Below, one piece after another: positions 18,596 through 28,464 of a stretch of 64,000 bases of DNA. The stretch's first letter is position 1; every line of letters starts with the position of its first letter. The notes below the pieces were generated by a model, which saw only the letters and a program-made list of their open reading frames with translations, was not told where the DNA came from and did not search any database. The stretch lies in IMG/VR virus record IMGVR_UViG_3300035208_008180. One strand, written 5' to 3'. Source of the stretch: a virus. Taxonomy: Duplodnaviria > Caudoviricetes. The position numbers and the translations under genes were made by a program.

Positions 18596-19311
18596 TATTG
18601 TTCCCAGTAAGGCTTGTCTAAGACAGGGTTTTTCTTTGTGTTTTCCACATACCAACCCCCGTCAGACTTCTCCAAACAAGCCTCAGCCAATAAATTCAAA
18701 ACATCCTGGGGGGCATAGCCTCTTTCACGATAATCCTTAATCTTGAAATTGCCCCTGGTCTTCGACATATCGGAAAGGTCTTGACCATCTCGTTGAATTA
18801 ATTTAGGTATATAACATAGCTTTGGAGGAACAAACCCCAACAATCGACAGAAGTAATAATAAAGACTGGATTCCGATACTAAGTCCTCTCCACGAATAAT
18901 TATATTACATCCCTCACGATGATCTTGCACAACCTTGATGGCTGTGATTAGGGGAATAAATGGGTAGGGCCTATCCTCATTTCTGACAAAGGGGCGAGAC
19001 CATTTAATTCCATCATCCTTTTCCAACCCAGGAACACCAGACAAATATTGCAGATTTGTTTCATGCTCTTTAGCAGTATGAGAATACAAATCAACTTTCA
19101 TACCCATCCAAGAAAACTCTTCCTTTATGGTCTCACAAAATTCATTGACTTTATCTCTGCCCAAGGATTGCAACTCTGGAAAATCCAGATCATCAAACCT
19201 AACTATGAATCTGCCGCCCTCTCTGGCAGCGGTATGATAGTTTATCAATGCTAAATATAAATGCCCCAAGTGAAGTCTACCACTGGGGGTTGGACTAAAT
19301 CTTGTTGTCAT
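18595..19311 (-). CDS. truncated glutamyl-tRNA-synthetase-like catalytic domain (GluQ/YadB-like)
   Basis: RFSPTPSG.LHLGH (HIGH), RFDD.D, IIRGEDL, DMSKT (KMSKS-like); 238 aa, no anticodon-binding domain. Confidence 0.85.
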   Translation of the reverse strand: MTTRFSPTPSGRLHLGHLYLALINYHTAAREGGRFIVRFDDLDFPELQSLGRDKVNEFCETIKEEFSWMGMKVDLYSHTAKEHETNLQYLSGVPGLEKDDGIKWSRPFVRNEDRPYPFIPLITAIKVVQDHREGCNIIIRGEDLVSESSLYYYFCRLLGFVPPKLCYIPKLIQRDGQDLSDMSKTRGNFKIKDYRERGYAPQDVLNLLAEACLEKSDGGWYVENTKKNPVLDKPYWEQ

Positions 19312-19493
19312 TATTTTACGTGTTCACTAAAGTATGCAATCCACCAAATTTCCTCAATAATAATGGCAACAGGTATGCCCCACAACCACTCTGCATGTTT
19401 GCTAACAGCGGCCAAAACAATAAACAAAATTGTAGAAGGCACCCATAGCCACCAACACCACACAAAAAACATCATAAGCAATATAAACAGCAT
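19311..19493 (-). CDS. small membrane protein
   Basis: hydrophobic, Trp-rich, TAATG coupling. Confidence 0.55.
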   Translation of the reverse strand: MLFILLMMFFVWCWWLWVPSTILFIVLAAVSKHAEWLWGIPVAIIIEEIWWIAYFSEHVK

Positions 19494-19996
19494 TATTCGT
19501 CTTCCGTTGTATATGAAAAATGCGGCATTTCATCCATACTCATTAGCGACGTGAGCCGGTGCAAATATTCAAAACCAACTATCTCGTGTGCCACATGATT
19601 CATCACTTCTTTGCCACTGATAGACTTGCCGTAAATTTCCCTATATTCATCCAAATACTCATCAATCTTATTCACTATATACTCCATTTGATTCTGGGCA
19701 CGTTCATCGGCAAGTTCTTGGAGCAAACCACATATCGTGGCTTCATCTATCCATGTCTGCTGCCGAAGGGTTTTTACTTTGTCTTCCAACATCAAAATCA
19801 AACGCTTTTGATGTTTCACAGTATCTTTCGACACACACCGTTCCACAGATATTATTTCATCAACAATCTCCGCAAAAGCTGTTGCCAGAGTAGGGTCCAT
19901 CGCTTTCATTTCAGTTGCGGGCTTACACCACGCAGTAGCCGCTATTTCCAAAGCAAACTCGGAGGGGCGTTTAACTTCTATATTTTCATTGTCCAT
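19493..19996 (-). CDS. hypothetical protein
   Basis: coupled ORF. Confidence 0.55.
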   Translation of the reverse strand: MDNENIEVKRPSEFALEIAATAWCKPATEMKAMDPTLATAFAEIVDEIISVERCVSKDTVKHQKRLILMLEDKVKTLRQQTWIDEATICGLLQELADERAQNQMEYIVNKIDEYLDEYREIYGKSISGKEVMNHVAHEIVGFEYLHRLTSLMSMDEMPHFSYTTEDE

Positions 19997-20225
19997 TATT
20001 TTGTAGTCTTTTTTTAAAAATATTCCACAAAACTCTCTTTACAAAAACAACAATTTTATCTTTGTAAAAACCATATTTATCTTTGTAATACTGGCCAGCA
20101 GCAACAACATATTTTATCAAAACTTGTTGTAATATGCCAGTTTTCCACGCCACATATTTCACCAAAGTGGAAAACTCTGCCTTCAACCATCTATCCTGAT
20201 TGATGGTTAGCTTTTTACTCGTCAT
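19986..20225 (-). CDS. hypothetical basic protein
   Basis: overlaps PrkA stop. Confidence 0.45.
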   Translation of the reverse strand: MTSKKLTINQDRWLKAEFSTLVKYVAWKTGILQQVLIKYVVAAGQYYKDKYGFYKDKIVVFVKRVLWNIFKKRLQNNGQ

Positions 20226-22290
20226 CGCTCACATCTCCACGACTGAAGATGCTGCCGACGTGAGCCAGAACATCCGTTGCAGATTGTTCATTATATCCAT
20301 ACTGTTTGATAAGACGCTGTTTGATAGCGTCAATTTTTTGTTGAATGTCGGGGTCTACTACCGAACTGCCCCGAATGTCCAAGGCACTCAATTTAATATG
20401 GTCCTTGGTGTCTTCAAAGAGCTTCATTTCCAACGCCTTTTTCAGCTTGGCATTAGAGTCCCATCGGAAAACTTTTCCTTCAATGGAAAGACTGCCGATG
20501 AAAGCAGCAATACCACGGCGGAATTCATCCACTCCCGCTTCGGGAATGTCAATCTTTTCTTCGATGCTTCTCATGAGCCGTTCGTTGGGCTCCATATCTT
20601 CGCCGGTAATTTGATTGATAACTTTGACCTTATTGATATAAGCTCGCACATTATCAATATAATTTGTGCAAAGACGGATAATGGCATCTTCGTCGCCAAC
20701 AAGGGCTTTTTGGACTTCATTTTTCAAGATATCATCCAATTCCTTTCTGACGGCATCCACACATTTAATATATTTTGCCACATCCTCTTTGTTCGTGATA
20801 AGAGAGGATTGATCTAGCCCTTCCTTGATTTCATTCAAAACCATAAATTGGTTGATATAATCGTGTCGGGCAGCTAGGCAGTTGGAAATCTTATCTTGGG
20901 TATAACGGCAGGACACACCAGACATTCCTTCTGTAGGATATTTGTCCCGCAATTCCTTGACGGTATCTTCCGTATATCCAGGCAAGCTGCGGCCATCAAG
21001 CAATTTTGCTTTATCAACCAGCGATAGTTTACCCTCTTTATCATCCTGCAAGCGGGTTAGAATTGTCCACAATGCAGCGATTTCCAAAGTGTGAGGAGCA
21101 ACGTGTTGCTTGACTTTTCCCGTCCCATAATAATGCTCCAAGATTGCCAACTCTTCACCCCATCGAAGCAAATAAGGAACATCGATGCGAACAGTACGAT
21201 CTCTCAACGCTTCCATCGTATTATCAGATCGAAGTTTTTCAAATTCAGGATTATTAGTATGTCCAATCAAAACCGTATCAACAGAAATTTGAGCAAACTT
21301 CTTGGGCTTGATTTGTTGTTCTTGAGAGGCACCCAACAGGTCGTAGAGGAATTCTTTGGCCAACTTGAGAACTTCGATGAATTCCACTACGCCCCTGTTG
21401 CCGATGCAAAATTCGCCATCGAAATTGAACGCCCGAGGATCAGAATCTGAACCAAAATGCGGGAGTTTGGCATAATTAATGTCGCCGGTCAATTCCGTCG
21501 AATCTTGATTTTTTTCATCTTTGGGCTGGAAGGTAGCAATGCCCATACGGTCGGGCTCAGAATAAACCTTGCGAACAACACGAATGTGCTCCTTGATGAC
21601 TTTGCCCCAATCACCCTCATATTTTTGCAACAACTCATTCATAAACTTTTTGCAACGAGGGTCTAATTCATTGTCGCAGCGAAGTGTATAAAGCTGCGTG
21701 CGTTCATTTTCTGGAGTGTTGTTTTTCAACACTTCATTCAAATCATCCACCACTCGCTTTCGCAATTCTAGGGGAAGCAACTTAAGTGGCTCTTCATGCA
21801 TTGGGCAATCATCTTCGGGATGCGTATAAATACCATCTTTCCCCGTGGGCAAATTCACCCATTTGAAGGTATACCAAATGCCATCTTCGGTATTGCTGTA
21901 ATATTCCATACCACGTTTGATGCATCGGCAAATAGTGGATTTGGAAGAACCCACAGGACCATGCAAAAGCAACACACGCTTTTCTGTACCATATCCGCCA
22001 GCAGCACCACGGATGAATTTGACCAAACTCTCAAGAGTTTCATCCAATCCGAAAATAGGAATTTCAGTATTGTCGAAGAAACAATAATGAGTGTGAGTTT
22101 TTCTGTACCGCTTGAAAGTCTTTGTGCCTTCGCTCATTATCATATCATACAATCGTTGATAAGCGGTACGAATAAGTCTGGGGGTCTTATAGCACCTTTC
22201 CAGATATTCGGCAAAACTAATTTCCTCATGAAGCACTTTGAATTGCTTCCGATCAAACAAATTGGCGAGTTGTTCTAATTTGGTGTCCAT
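20215..22290 (-). CDS. prkA: PrkA/YeaG family AAA+ serine protein kinase
   Basis: LLHGPVGSSKST, CPMHEEPL, KNQDSTELTG, SDPRAFNFDG, NRGVVEFIE.LK, EALRDR. Confidence 0.95.
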   Translation of the reverse strand: MDTKLEQLANLFDRKQFKVLHEEISFAEYLERCYKTPRLIRTAYQRLYDMIMSEGTKTFKRYRKTHTHYCFFDNTEIPIFGLDETLESLVKFIRGAAGGYGTEKRVLLLHGPVGSSKSTICRCIKRGMEYYSNTEDGIWYTFKWVNLPTGKDGIYTHPEDDCPMHEEPLKLLPLELRKRVVDDLNEVLKNNTPENERTQLYTLRCDNELDPRCKKFMNELLQKYEGDWGKVIKEHIRVVRKVYSEPDRMGIATFQPKDEKNQDSTELTGDINYAKLPHFGSDSDPRAFNFDGEFCIGNRGVVEFIEVLKLAKEFLYDLLGASQEQQIKPKKFAQISVDTVLIGHTNNPEFEKLRSDNTMEALRDRTVRIDVPYLLRWGEELAILEHYYGTGKVKQHVAPHTLEIAALWTILTRLQDDKEGKLSLVDKAKLLDGRSLPGYTEDTVKELRDKYPTEGMSGVSCRYTQDKISNCLAARHDYINQFMVLNEIKEGLDQSSLITNKEDVAKYIKCVDAVRKELDDILKNEVQKALVGDEDAIIRLCTNYIDNVRAYINKVKVINQITGEDMEPNERLMRSIEEKIDIPEAGVDEFRRGIAAFIGSLSIEGKVFRWDSNAKLKKALEMKLFEDTKDHIKLSALDIRGSSVVDPDIQQKIDAIKQRLIKQYGYNEQSATDVLAHVGSIFSRGDVSDDE

Positions 22291-22435
22291 GCTTTGCTTT
22301 CACTTCCCTTTAAATAGGTTGTTTATGTTAGTATATTGTATTTCTTCACTCAAAACAAGCCCTGCTTGCAAATATTTTTTATTTGCATAAAGATAACATA
22401 AACCATTCAGAACAATATGTCAAGAAGAAAAAACA

Positions 22436-23449
22436 TTAAAGCTGAAAAAATGGTGCTTCGCCGTGATCTTTTTCAATTTCAAGAGGCACAAAATCGCTCC
22501 TAAGTTGCATTGGCTTCTCAGCTTGATCTACTGCCAAAAGAAATTCTACAACATATTTTGCTATGTTTTCCAACCCCTCATAATTTAATTTCTCTGGAGT
22601 ATCTGTAGGTTGGTGATAATTTTTATGTATGCCTGTGTGCAAATATGCCACTGGCACCCCTGCATTGCAAAAAGAGGCATTGTCAGTGGGGGCATTATCT
22701 CGATGAGTAATTGTGCTGGCAAATGGATATTTTTTAGATAAATTCTCAATCAATGTTTTTACATCGGGAGTTGGGTCATTTGGCATCAGCAAATTAAAAC
22801 GCACCATTCTTTGCCAATAACCAACCATATCCATATTCAACATAAAAACATGCTTCTTTATGTCGGGATTTCCTTTGGGGAAAAGAGGATGTTGGCAATA
22901 ATAATTCGATCCAATTAGCCCATACTCTTCGGCAGAATATAATTGAAAAACAACAGTGCGATTTAATTCGCTGTTTAAAAGAGTGAATGCTTTGGCAACA
23001 GCCAAAACTACCGACGTACCTGAGGCGTTATCATCAGCACTGGGGTGGTTTGGTCCTTGCCCATCGTAATGGGCACCAACAACTACCACTTCATCGTCAT
23101 TTTTGCCTTTGATCGATGCCATAATATTGTTGGTTTGACGATCACCAAAAGTAAATTGTTGCAATTCAACCTCATACCCCCAAGATGTAAATATATCAGA
23201 AATATACTTACATGCTGCATCGTTCCCAGGTGTTCCAGCACCTCTGCCATCAAATTTGTTTAAATCAGACAATGTTTCAACATATTCTTTAATTTGACCT
23301 ACTGTGATTGTTTGCAAAGCAACATCCACAGGTGTAGTTGGCACTGGTGGTGGTAAAGGAACAACTGTTGTGTGCCGAGTGTGATAAAAAGCATAGACAG
23401 TAGCCAAGACCAACATCAAAATCATAATGCTAAGTATTGTTCTGTCCAT
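22436..23449 (-). CDS. M28 family aminopeptidase, membrane-anchored or secreted
   Basis: N-terminal TM; GAHYD, ADDNASG, AEEYGLIGS, NMDMVG, YHQPTD. Confidence 0.92.
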   Translation of the reverse strand: MDRTILSIMILMLVLATVYAFYHTRHTTVVPLPPPVPTTPVDVALQTITVGQIKEYVETLSDLNKFDGRGAGTPGNDAACKYISDIFTSWGYEVELQQFTFGDRQTNNIMASIKGKNDDEVVVVGAHYDGQGPNHPSADDNASGTSVVLAVAKAFTLLNSELNRTVVFQLYSAEEYGLIGSNYYCQHPLFPKGNPDIKKHVFMLNMDMVGYWQRMVRFNLLMPNDPTPDVKTLIENLSKKYPFASTITHRDNAPTDNASFCNAGVPVAYLHTGIHKNYHQPTDTPEKLNYEGLENIAKYVVEFLLAVDQAEKPMQLRSDFVPLEIEKDHGEAPFFQL

Positions 23450-23452
23450 ATT

Positions 23453-23800
23453 TTACCAATTATTAGGATTGAAATTTTTCCCAGAAGAAATGTCATCATG
23501 ATGTATGTAAACATCTTTGCCCATATGCGACATTTTCTCTGCATTTTCCCGCTCTTGTTTTACTTTAGGCTGCATGTGCTTAAAACGATAATCATGTCCC
23601 ATTTGACCATCGTTCCATTTCCTGGTGCCTTCGGGATTCACAAAAATAGCCTCTGCTCTCACTCCCGTGAATAATTTTTCTTTTTTATGTGAACCACATG
23701 TGGGACAAACTACATCTGGATATTCGTTACTTTTATTCCAAGGAGCGAATTCCTCATAATCACAATCACAATCTATACAATGAAAATCATAAAGGGGCAT
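23453..23800 (-). CDS. FmdB-family zinc ribbon protein
   Basis: MPLYDFHCIDC...CPTCGS. Confidence 0.8.
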   Translation of the reverse strand: MPLYDFHCIDCDCDYEEFAPWNKSNEYPDVVCPTCGSHKKEKLFTGVRAEAIFVNPEGTRKWNDGQMGHDYRFKHMQPKVKQERENAEKMSHMGKDVYIHHDDISSGKNFNPNNW

Positions 23801-23829
23801 TTTTTTCTTTCTATTTTGAATTAATGATT

Positions 23830-24099
23830 TTAATCATCTTTTGCTTCTACAACCAGCTTGTTTAAATGTCGATAAACAGTGGTAATTTTTTTTAATCTAT
23901 ATTCTTGCGAACGGAATCGCCACCAAAAATCTCTGGCGGCCAGTGTAATCGCTGTATTGAGCAATTGGTGATGTAAATTAGTGTTTATCAAATCCACATG
24001 AGCCATACCAATATACTCGCCAGCACTTTGATCTTGTTCCATATCAAAATAACCTTCTAAATCTCTTTCGTCTTCAAACTCGTGTCCAAAATCCATCAT
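23830..24099 (-). CDS. hypothetical protein
   Basis: ATGA coupling. Confidence 0.55.
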   Translation of the reverse strand: MMDFGHEFEDERDLEGYFDMEQDQSAGEYIGMAHVDLINTNLHHQLLNTAITLAARDFWWRFRSQEYRLKKITTVYRHLNKLVVEAKDD

Positions 24100-24620
24100 T
24101 TGATACCCCCTTCCAAGTTTGCATATAGCTGATAGGACTTTTCCCAAAGGTTCAATAATTTCATCTCATTGATTGACATTTCAGAGGACGCAAATTTTGA
24201 CACATCTTGAATTAGTCCCACTTCTCTATTTATCCACTCCGACATAACAAACTTGCCACAACCACCCGAATAATCTATAAATGTTGCCAAAACATCACTC
24301 TTTGCATCCACTGGCCCTAGTAACTGCGGATCATATTCCCGCAACACTACAACATGTGAATTGATTTTAATAACAATCTTCTTGTCAGTTTTCAAATTGT
24401 ATGAATTTTCATAAAAAAAGAATTGAATATTTGCTCGTCTTGCCCATGTAAAACACTCTTTAGATGGTTCATCTTTACTTCTTTTGCAAACAACAATTAC
24501 CTCTGCATTTGGCAAATTTTTTACAACAGAATACCAAGAAACAAAACCCATCCAGCTATAAATGGGTTTATTTTCACATTCTATTACAACGCACAAATCA
24601 TTCCCGGTAATATCTGTCAT
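24096..24620 (-). CDS. hypothetical protein
   Basis: coupled ORF. Confidence 0.55.
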   Translation of the reverse strand: MTDITGNDLCVVIECENKPIYSWMGFVSWYSVVKNLPNAEVIVVCKRSKDEPSKECFTWARRANIQFFFYENSYNLKTDKKIVIKINSHVVVLREYDPQLLGPVDAKSDVLATFIDYSGGCGKFVMSEWINREVGLIQDVSKFASSEMSINEMKLLNLWEKSYQLYANLEGGIK

Positions 24621-24811
24621 ATTTCTGCTTTGGTCTCCGCATCGACAATAACAAAATCATTAACTATATTCTGTAATCCTTGATATGTTAGATATTTTTT
24701 ACAGTCCTCTAACATGTCTTTCGCCTCCTGTAGATCGTTAGTTGCCCACAATCCCACTACAGGATGAATAAGACACCTGTTGTTTCCTTTGTTAAATAAT
24801 GCGTAAAACAT
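24617..24811 (-). CDS. hypothetical protein
   Basis: start MFYAL downstream of an ATAAATA box. Confidence 0.5.
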   Translation of the reverse strand: MFYALFNKGNNRCLIHPVVGLWATNDLQEAKDMLEDCKKYLTYQGLQNIVNDFVIVDAETKAEI

Positions 24812-24828
24812 ATACACTAAGAGAGTAT

Positions 24829-25137
24829 TTATTTGCCCATTATGCCAGCACCACGTAATTTCCATTTATTATTTGCAGAAAATGGACTATGATCGGGCTG
24901 TTTATATTTGGTGCCTAAAGATAAAGGACTAGAATCTGGAAGTTTCCATTTTCCACCACCGGAGAAACCGGGTTTGGGGGGCTCTAATGGAACACCGAGA
25001 CCACGGGGAGACATGGGGCTTGTCGGCACTTTATTTTTAGTGCCTTTGACACCAGCATCTTGTTTTACCTGAGCCACATCGGCTGCTACTCCTTGTGGCA
25101 ATGCCATATCAGCTTCTAACCAAGACCTGAAGCTCAT
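24829..25137 (-). CDS. Pro/Gly/Lys-rich protein, tagged
   Basis: Starts MSFRSWLE. Confidence 0.6.
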   Translation of the reverse strand: MSFRSWLEADMALPQGVAADVAQVKQDAGVKGTKNKVPTSPMSPRGLGVPLEPPKPGFSGGGKWKLPDSSPLSLGTKYKQPDHSPFSANNKWKLRGAGIMGK

Positions 25138-25376
25138 TTCTTTTTCATCTTTTTGCCATTGGCATTTTGATTAAATTTAGTAGCTGCATTTGCCACCTTA
25201 GCCGCCGCATCAGAATCACCTGTGGATTGGGCAGCTATAGATTTTTGAGCTAATATTTTCTTTGCGTCTGCCTCTGGATTTGTGCCTTGCTTAAGAGCAT
25301 TCTGCGTAGCTAATGCCAAATCATTGGCTAAATCATCTTTTCCAGTCTGTTCACACCATTGTTTATATGTTTTCAT
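25134..25376 (-). CDS. small Ala/Lys-rich protein, tagged
   Basis: Starts MKTYKQWCE; CTACATA 8 nt upstream. Confidence 0.6.
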   Translation of the reverse strand: MKTYKQWCEQTGKDDLANDLALATQNALKQGTNPEADAKKILAQKSIAAQSTGDSDAAAKVANAATKFNQNANGKKMKKK

Positions 25377-25383
25377 ATCTTAT

Positions 25384-26787
25384 CTATGTAGATTTTTTAA
25401 TTTTTTCCACTATATTTGTTGTTGCATAACCTTCCACTCTTGGAAAAACAACCACTTCTTTAGCCACATCCGATCCCACAATATAGGGCCAAGTATTGTC
25501 CTTTACCAAAACATCGGGTTTAATTTGAGCATAAATATCATGTAGCTCATCATTACTATTAAAAGGCATCACAAAATCTACGCATTCCAATGCTGCCAGC
25601 ATTCGCATCCTGGCTTGCAAATCATTTACAGGTCTGCCTTCGCCCTTAAATCTCTTTACTTGCTCATCCGTATCCACAAGCACAAGCAATTTATCTCCTT
25701 TCGATTTGGCAAATTTAAGAATTTCCATATGTCCAAAATGCAAAATATCAAAACACCCATTAGTAACCGCCAGTTTGTATGGCCTATTGTTTAAACACTG
25801 TATATCGATCATTTTGCTGCCTACAGGATCAATACGTGCATATACCTCTTGTAAACAAATGGGTTCATTATATTTCTTGCCAACATAGACTGCTCCTGCC
25901 TCGTAAGCTATTTGCACAGCATCCACAATATCTAAAGCATGGGCCATCGCTAATCCAAGAACAGAAATAAAACAATCACCAGCCCCAATAACAGATGCAC
26001 AGTCCGAGCTATATGGAGAATGATAATCAAAATATTTTTCCATTACTTTGCCATAAACGCCATCACCACCATGAGTAATAACAACCGCCATACAACCCAA
26101 TTGCCGCTGAAAGAAATCGCATTGATTTTGCCAATGCACAGAAGGAATATGACTTAATTCTTCTGCTTCTTTAGCATTGGGCTTAAATATTGTGCAACCA
26201 TTCCAAAGGCAAAGCGGTCCTTTTTTCGGATCAATTATGCTAATTGTGTCTCGTTCTTTTTTGAACCATTGAGTTTTATTAGCCCCTGATAAGACTCCCT
26301 TGTTGTAATCAGCATATATTGTCACAGCAACATCGGATACTTCATCATAGGCTGCAAGTAAATCCTTTTGATATTCCACAATATCTTGCAATCCATAATT
26401 TGGCACCTCGATATCCCAACGACTAAGGGGGAAATTATCTTGATAGAATCTTCTTTTACGTGGAATAAAAGAAGGCGAAGATAAAGTCTCACATCCACTA
26501 ATATCAACACCAATGGATTGATAAAGTGGACGACTTTCTATATCCAAAAATCCAAAGAGTTTAACATCCGTGTTAAAATATTTAAATTGATTTGCTAGAT
26601 TTCCAGCACCACCAGGAACAACTACATCTGGTCTTTCATTAGTGCCCAGCATCCTTACAATAGGAAACTCGGGAGAGAGTTTATCTGCAACGACGTTGTA
26701 GTATTCGTCAAGGAGACAATCACCTATGACAACAATTGTTGGTCGATATTTATTGACCCTTCTAATTAGTGTTTTTAATGCTTCCAT
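25384..26787 (-). CDS. hldE: bifunctional heptose-7-phosphate kinase / heptose-1-phosphate adenylyltransferase
   Basis: GDCLLDEY, LSPE.P, PGGAGN, DYNKG, GAGD (PfkB) plus TNGCFDILHFGH, KG.GRP.N, PDVLVK. Confidence 0.9.
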   Translation of the reverse strand: MEALKTLIRRVNKYRPTIVVIGDCLLDEYYNVVADKLSPEFPIVRMLGTNERPDVVVPGGAGNLANQFKYFNTDVKLFGFLDIESRPLYQSIGVDISGCETLSSPSFIPRKRRFYQDNFPLSRWDIEVPNYGLQDIVEYQKDLLAAYDEVSDVAVTIYADYNKGVLSGANKTQWFKKERDTISIIDPKKGPLCLWNGCTIFKPNAKEAEELSHIPSVHWQNQCDFFQRQLGCMAVVITHGGDGVYGKVMEKYFDYHSPYSSDCASVIGAGDCFISVLGLAMAHALDIVDAVQIAYEAGAVYVGKKYNEPICLQEVYARIDPVGSKMIDIQCLNNRPYKLAVTNGCFDILHFGHMEILKFAKSKGDKLLVLVDTDEQVKRFKGEGRPVNDLQARMRMLAALECVDFVMPFNSNDELHDIYAQIKPDVLVKDNTWPYIVGSDVAKEVVVFPRVEGYATTNIVEKIKKST

Positions 26788-26937
26788 GCATTAAAAGAGT
26801 TTCATCATAAAAAATTCTAAGGCACACACCGATTTTTACGAGCGGCCAAAATTTTCTTGAGTCGCCGCATCAAAAGCTTGGCTTTCTTTGGTGGCATATA
26901 ACCAATGTCAATGTAAAAAATACGTTTTTGTTGCATA

Positions 26938-27396
26938 TTAAATTCCAGTGCAAAGAACAGCCTCGGCAATGTGAATACCTTCATCCAAAGTATGAACATG
27001 AAACCCAATACACTCTTGAATAATAGGATGTTCGTGAACATTCCCCTCTTTTTCCATCACGAGAACAATAGGTTTTCGCAACATATCAGCCCAGGCAATT
27101 TCCATACAAGTGCCGATGGAAACCTTTGTGGCACCCAATAGATTGACAAAAAGCATGTCACAAGCCATTACTGAGTAACGGTCTCGGCAAGTAATTCCCT
27201 TGCGGCAACTCAATGGAATTCCCTCATAAGATAGGCCAATTACCTTTTCCTTTTCTAGGTATTGTTTTCCACGCATTGGTGAAACAGCAACAATATACTC
27301 AGGCAATTGATCTGAAACATATTCCCGCCAACCAACAGAATCGCCATAAGTCAATCCAGTAATCGGCCCCGCCAAATAGAGCTTACGTCTGTTCAT
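26938..27396 (-). CDS. nucleoside 2-deoxyribosyltransferase-like protein
   Basis: LYLAGPI, SP.R, D...V..CD, SIGT.ME..WA. Confidence 0.8.
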   Translation of the reverse strand: MNRRKLYLAGPITGLTYGDSVGWREYVSDQLPEYIVAVSPMRGKQYLEKEKVIGLSYEGIPLSCRKGITCRDRYSVMACDMLFVNLLGATKVSIGTCMEIAWADMLRKPIVLVMEKEGNVHEHPIIQECIGFHVHTLDEGIHIAEAVLCTGI

Positions 27397-27398
27397 TT

Positions 27399-27923
27399 TT
27401 AATCCTTCACTAACTGTCCATCGGGTTTAATTCTTTTCCATCCATCTTCAAACTTATGAAAAAACTTAACATAATTCAGGGGCAGAGCTAAAAACAATTC
27501 ATTTTGGGTTCGTTGTCCATTTACCTTGTTGAAAGTAGCCTTGCGACGTGTGTGGTTTCTTTCCTTGGCATGTCTTAAATCCTCTCCCTGAATTACAGCG
27601 ATTGTATCTTGGTGATGATTTGACATAATAAAAACATCACACTGAGTATCGGCTTTTCTTCCTCCAACGTCCACAGTCGTGTAACTCAACCAAGCCCCAG
27701 AAACATTCCACACATCTTTGACCTCGGCTTCCACCTTTAACAGCTTGCCACTTTCCATACAATAACTATTGTCAAATTCTTTAAATCTTTCCGGTTGTTC
27801 TTCCAGTGGAATTGTGGGATGTGCCAGCCCTGTGCTGGTCAAAAAGTCTAAAGCCACCATTTTTCCTTGTTTGTCATAAATTTGTTTTAATATAGCAGCA
27901 TACGGTTTACTATTATCACTCAT
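27399..27923 (-). CDS. hypothetical protein, possible PD-(D/E)xK nuclease
   Basis: D...VEAEVK motif only. Confidence 0.4.
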   Translation of the reverse strand: MSDNSKPYAAILKQIYDKQGKMVALDFLTSTGLAHPTIPLEEQPERFKEFDNSYCMESGKLLKVEAEVKDVWNVSGAWLSYTTVDVGGRKADTQCDVFIMSNHHQDTIAVIQGEDLRHAKERNHTRRKATFNKVNGQRTQNELFLALPLNYVKFFHKFEDGWKRIKPDGQLVKD

Positions 27924-27944
27924 AAATTTTCCTTTCTATAAATT

Positions 27945-28352
27945 TTATTCAGATTGGAGATAAACTCTCCTTCCAAAATCTGATTCTTCTTTCACTTTCC
28001 AATCCTGATGCCAATACGGCTTGAACGGATCAGGCACAACTAATAATCTTATGGGAGCGTCTCCCCACACAGGGTTCCAACTAGTATAGCCCATAAAATC
28101 ATCAAATAGTATATCAATTTTTAATTCTTTTAACAATACAGCTTTGCACAACTCTCCATATTTTGCATAATCTGCACAGTAGATGTGGTCAGAAGCTACC
28201 GATATATCATTCATTTGCAGCATTTCTTCCACATAAGCCTTATCATGCATATCTGTGATGATGAAGACTTCGCATGTTGTGTTATTTATCAGTTCTTTGA
28301 ATTGATCTGGGTATTTGCTAATTACACCACCGATATCAAGGGCAAGTTTCAT
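27945..28352 (-). CDS. HAD-superfamily hydrolase-like protein
   Basis: LALDIGGVI, IIT, K, ILFDD. Confidence 0.65.
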   Translation of the reverse strand: MKLALDIGGVISKYPDQFKELINNTTCEVFIITDMHDKAYVEEMLQMNDISVASDHIYCADYAKYGELCKAVLLKELKIDILFDDFMGYTSWNPVWGDAPIRLLVVPDPFKPYWHQDWKVKEESDFGRRVYLQSE

Positions 28353-28464
28353 TTTCTTTGAACAATGTGTGGAAATTTTCTTCTACAAGCTTTCGAGCCT
28401 CTTCTGTCCATGTTCTTTTTCTAACCACCTTTCGTCCATTCTATATTCTAAACTATTTAACATA

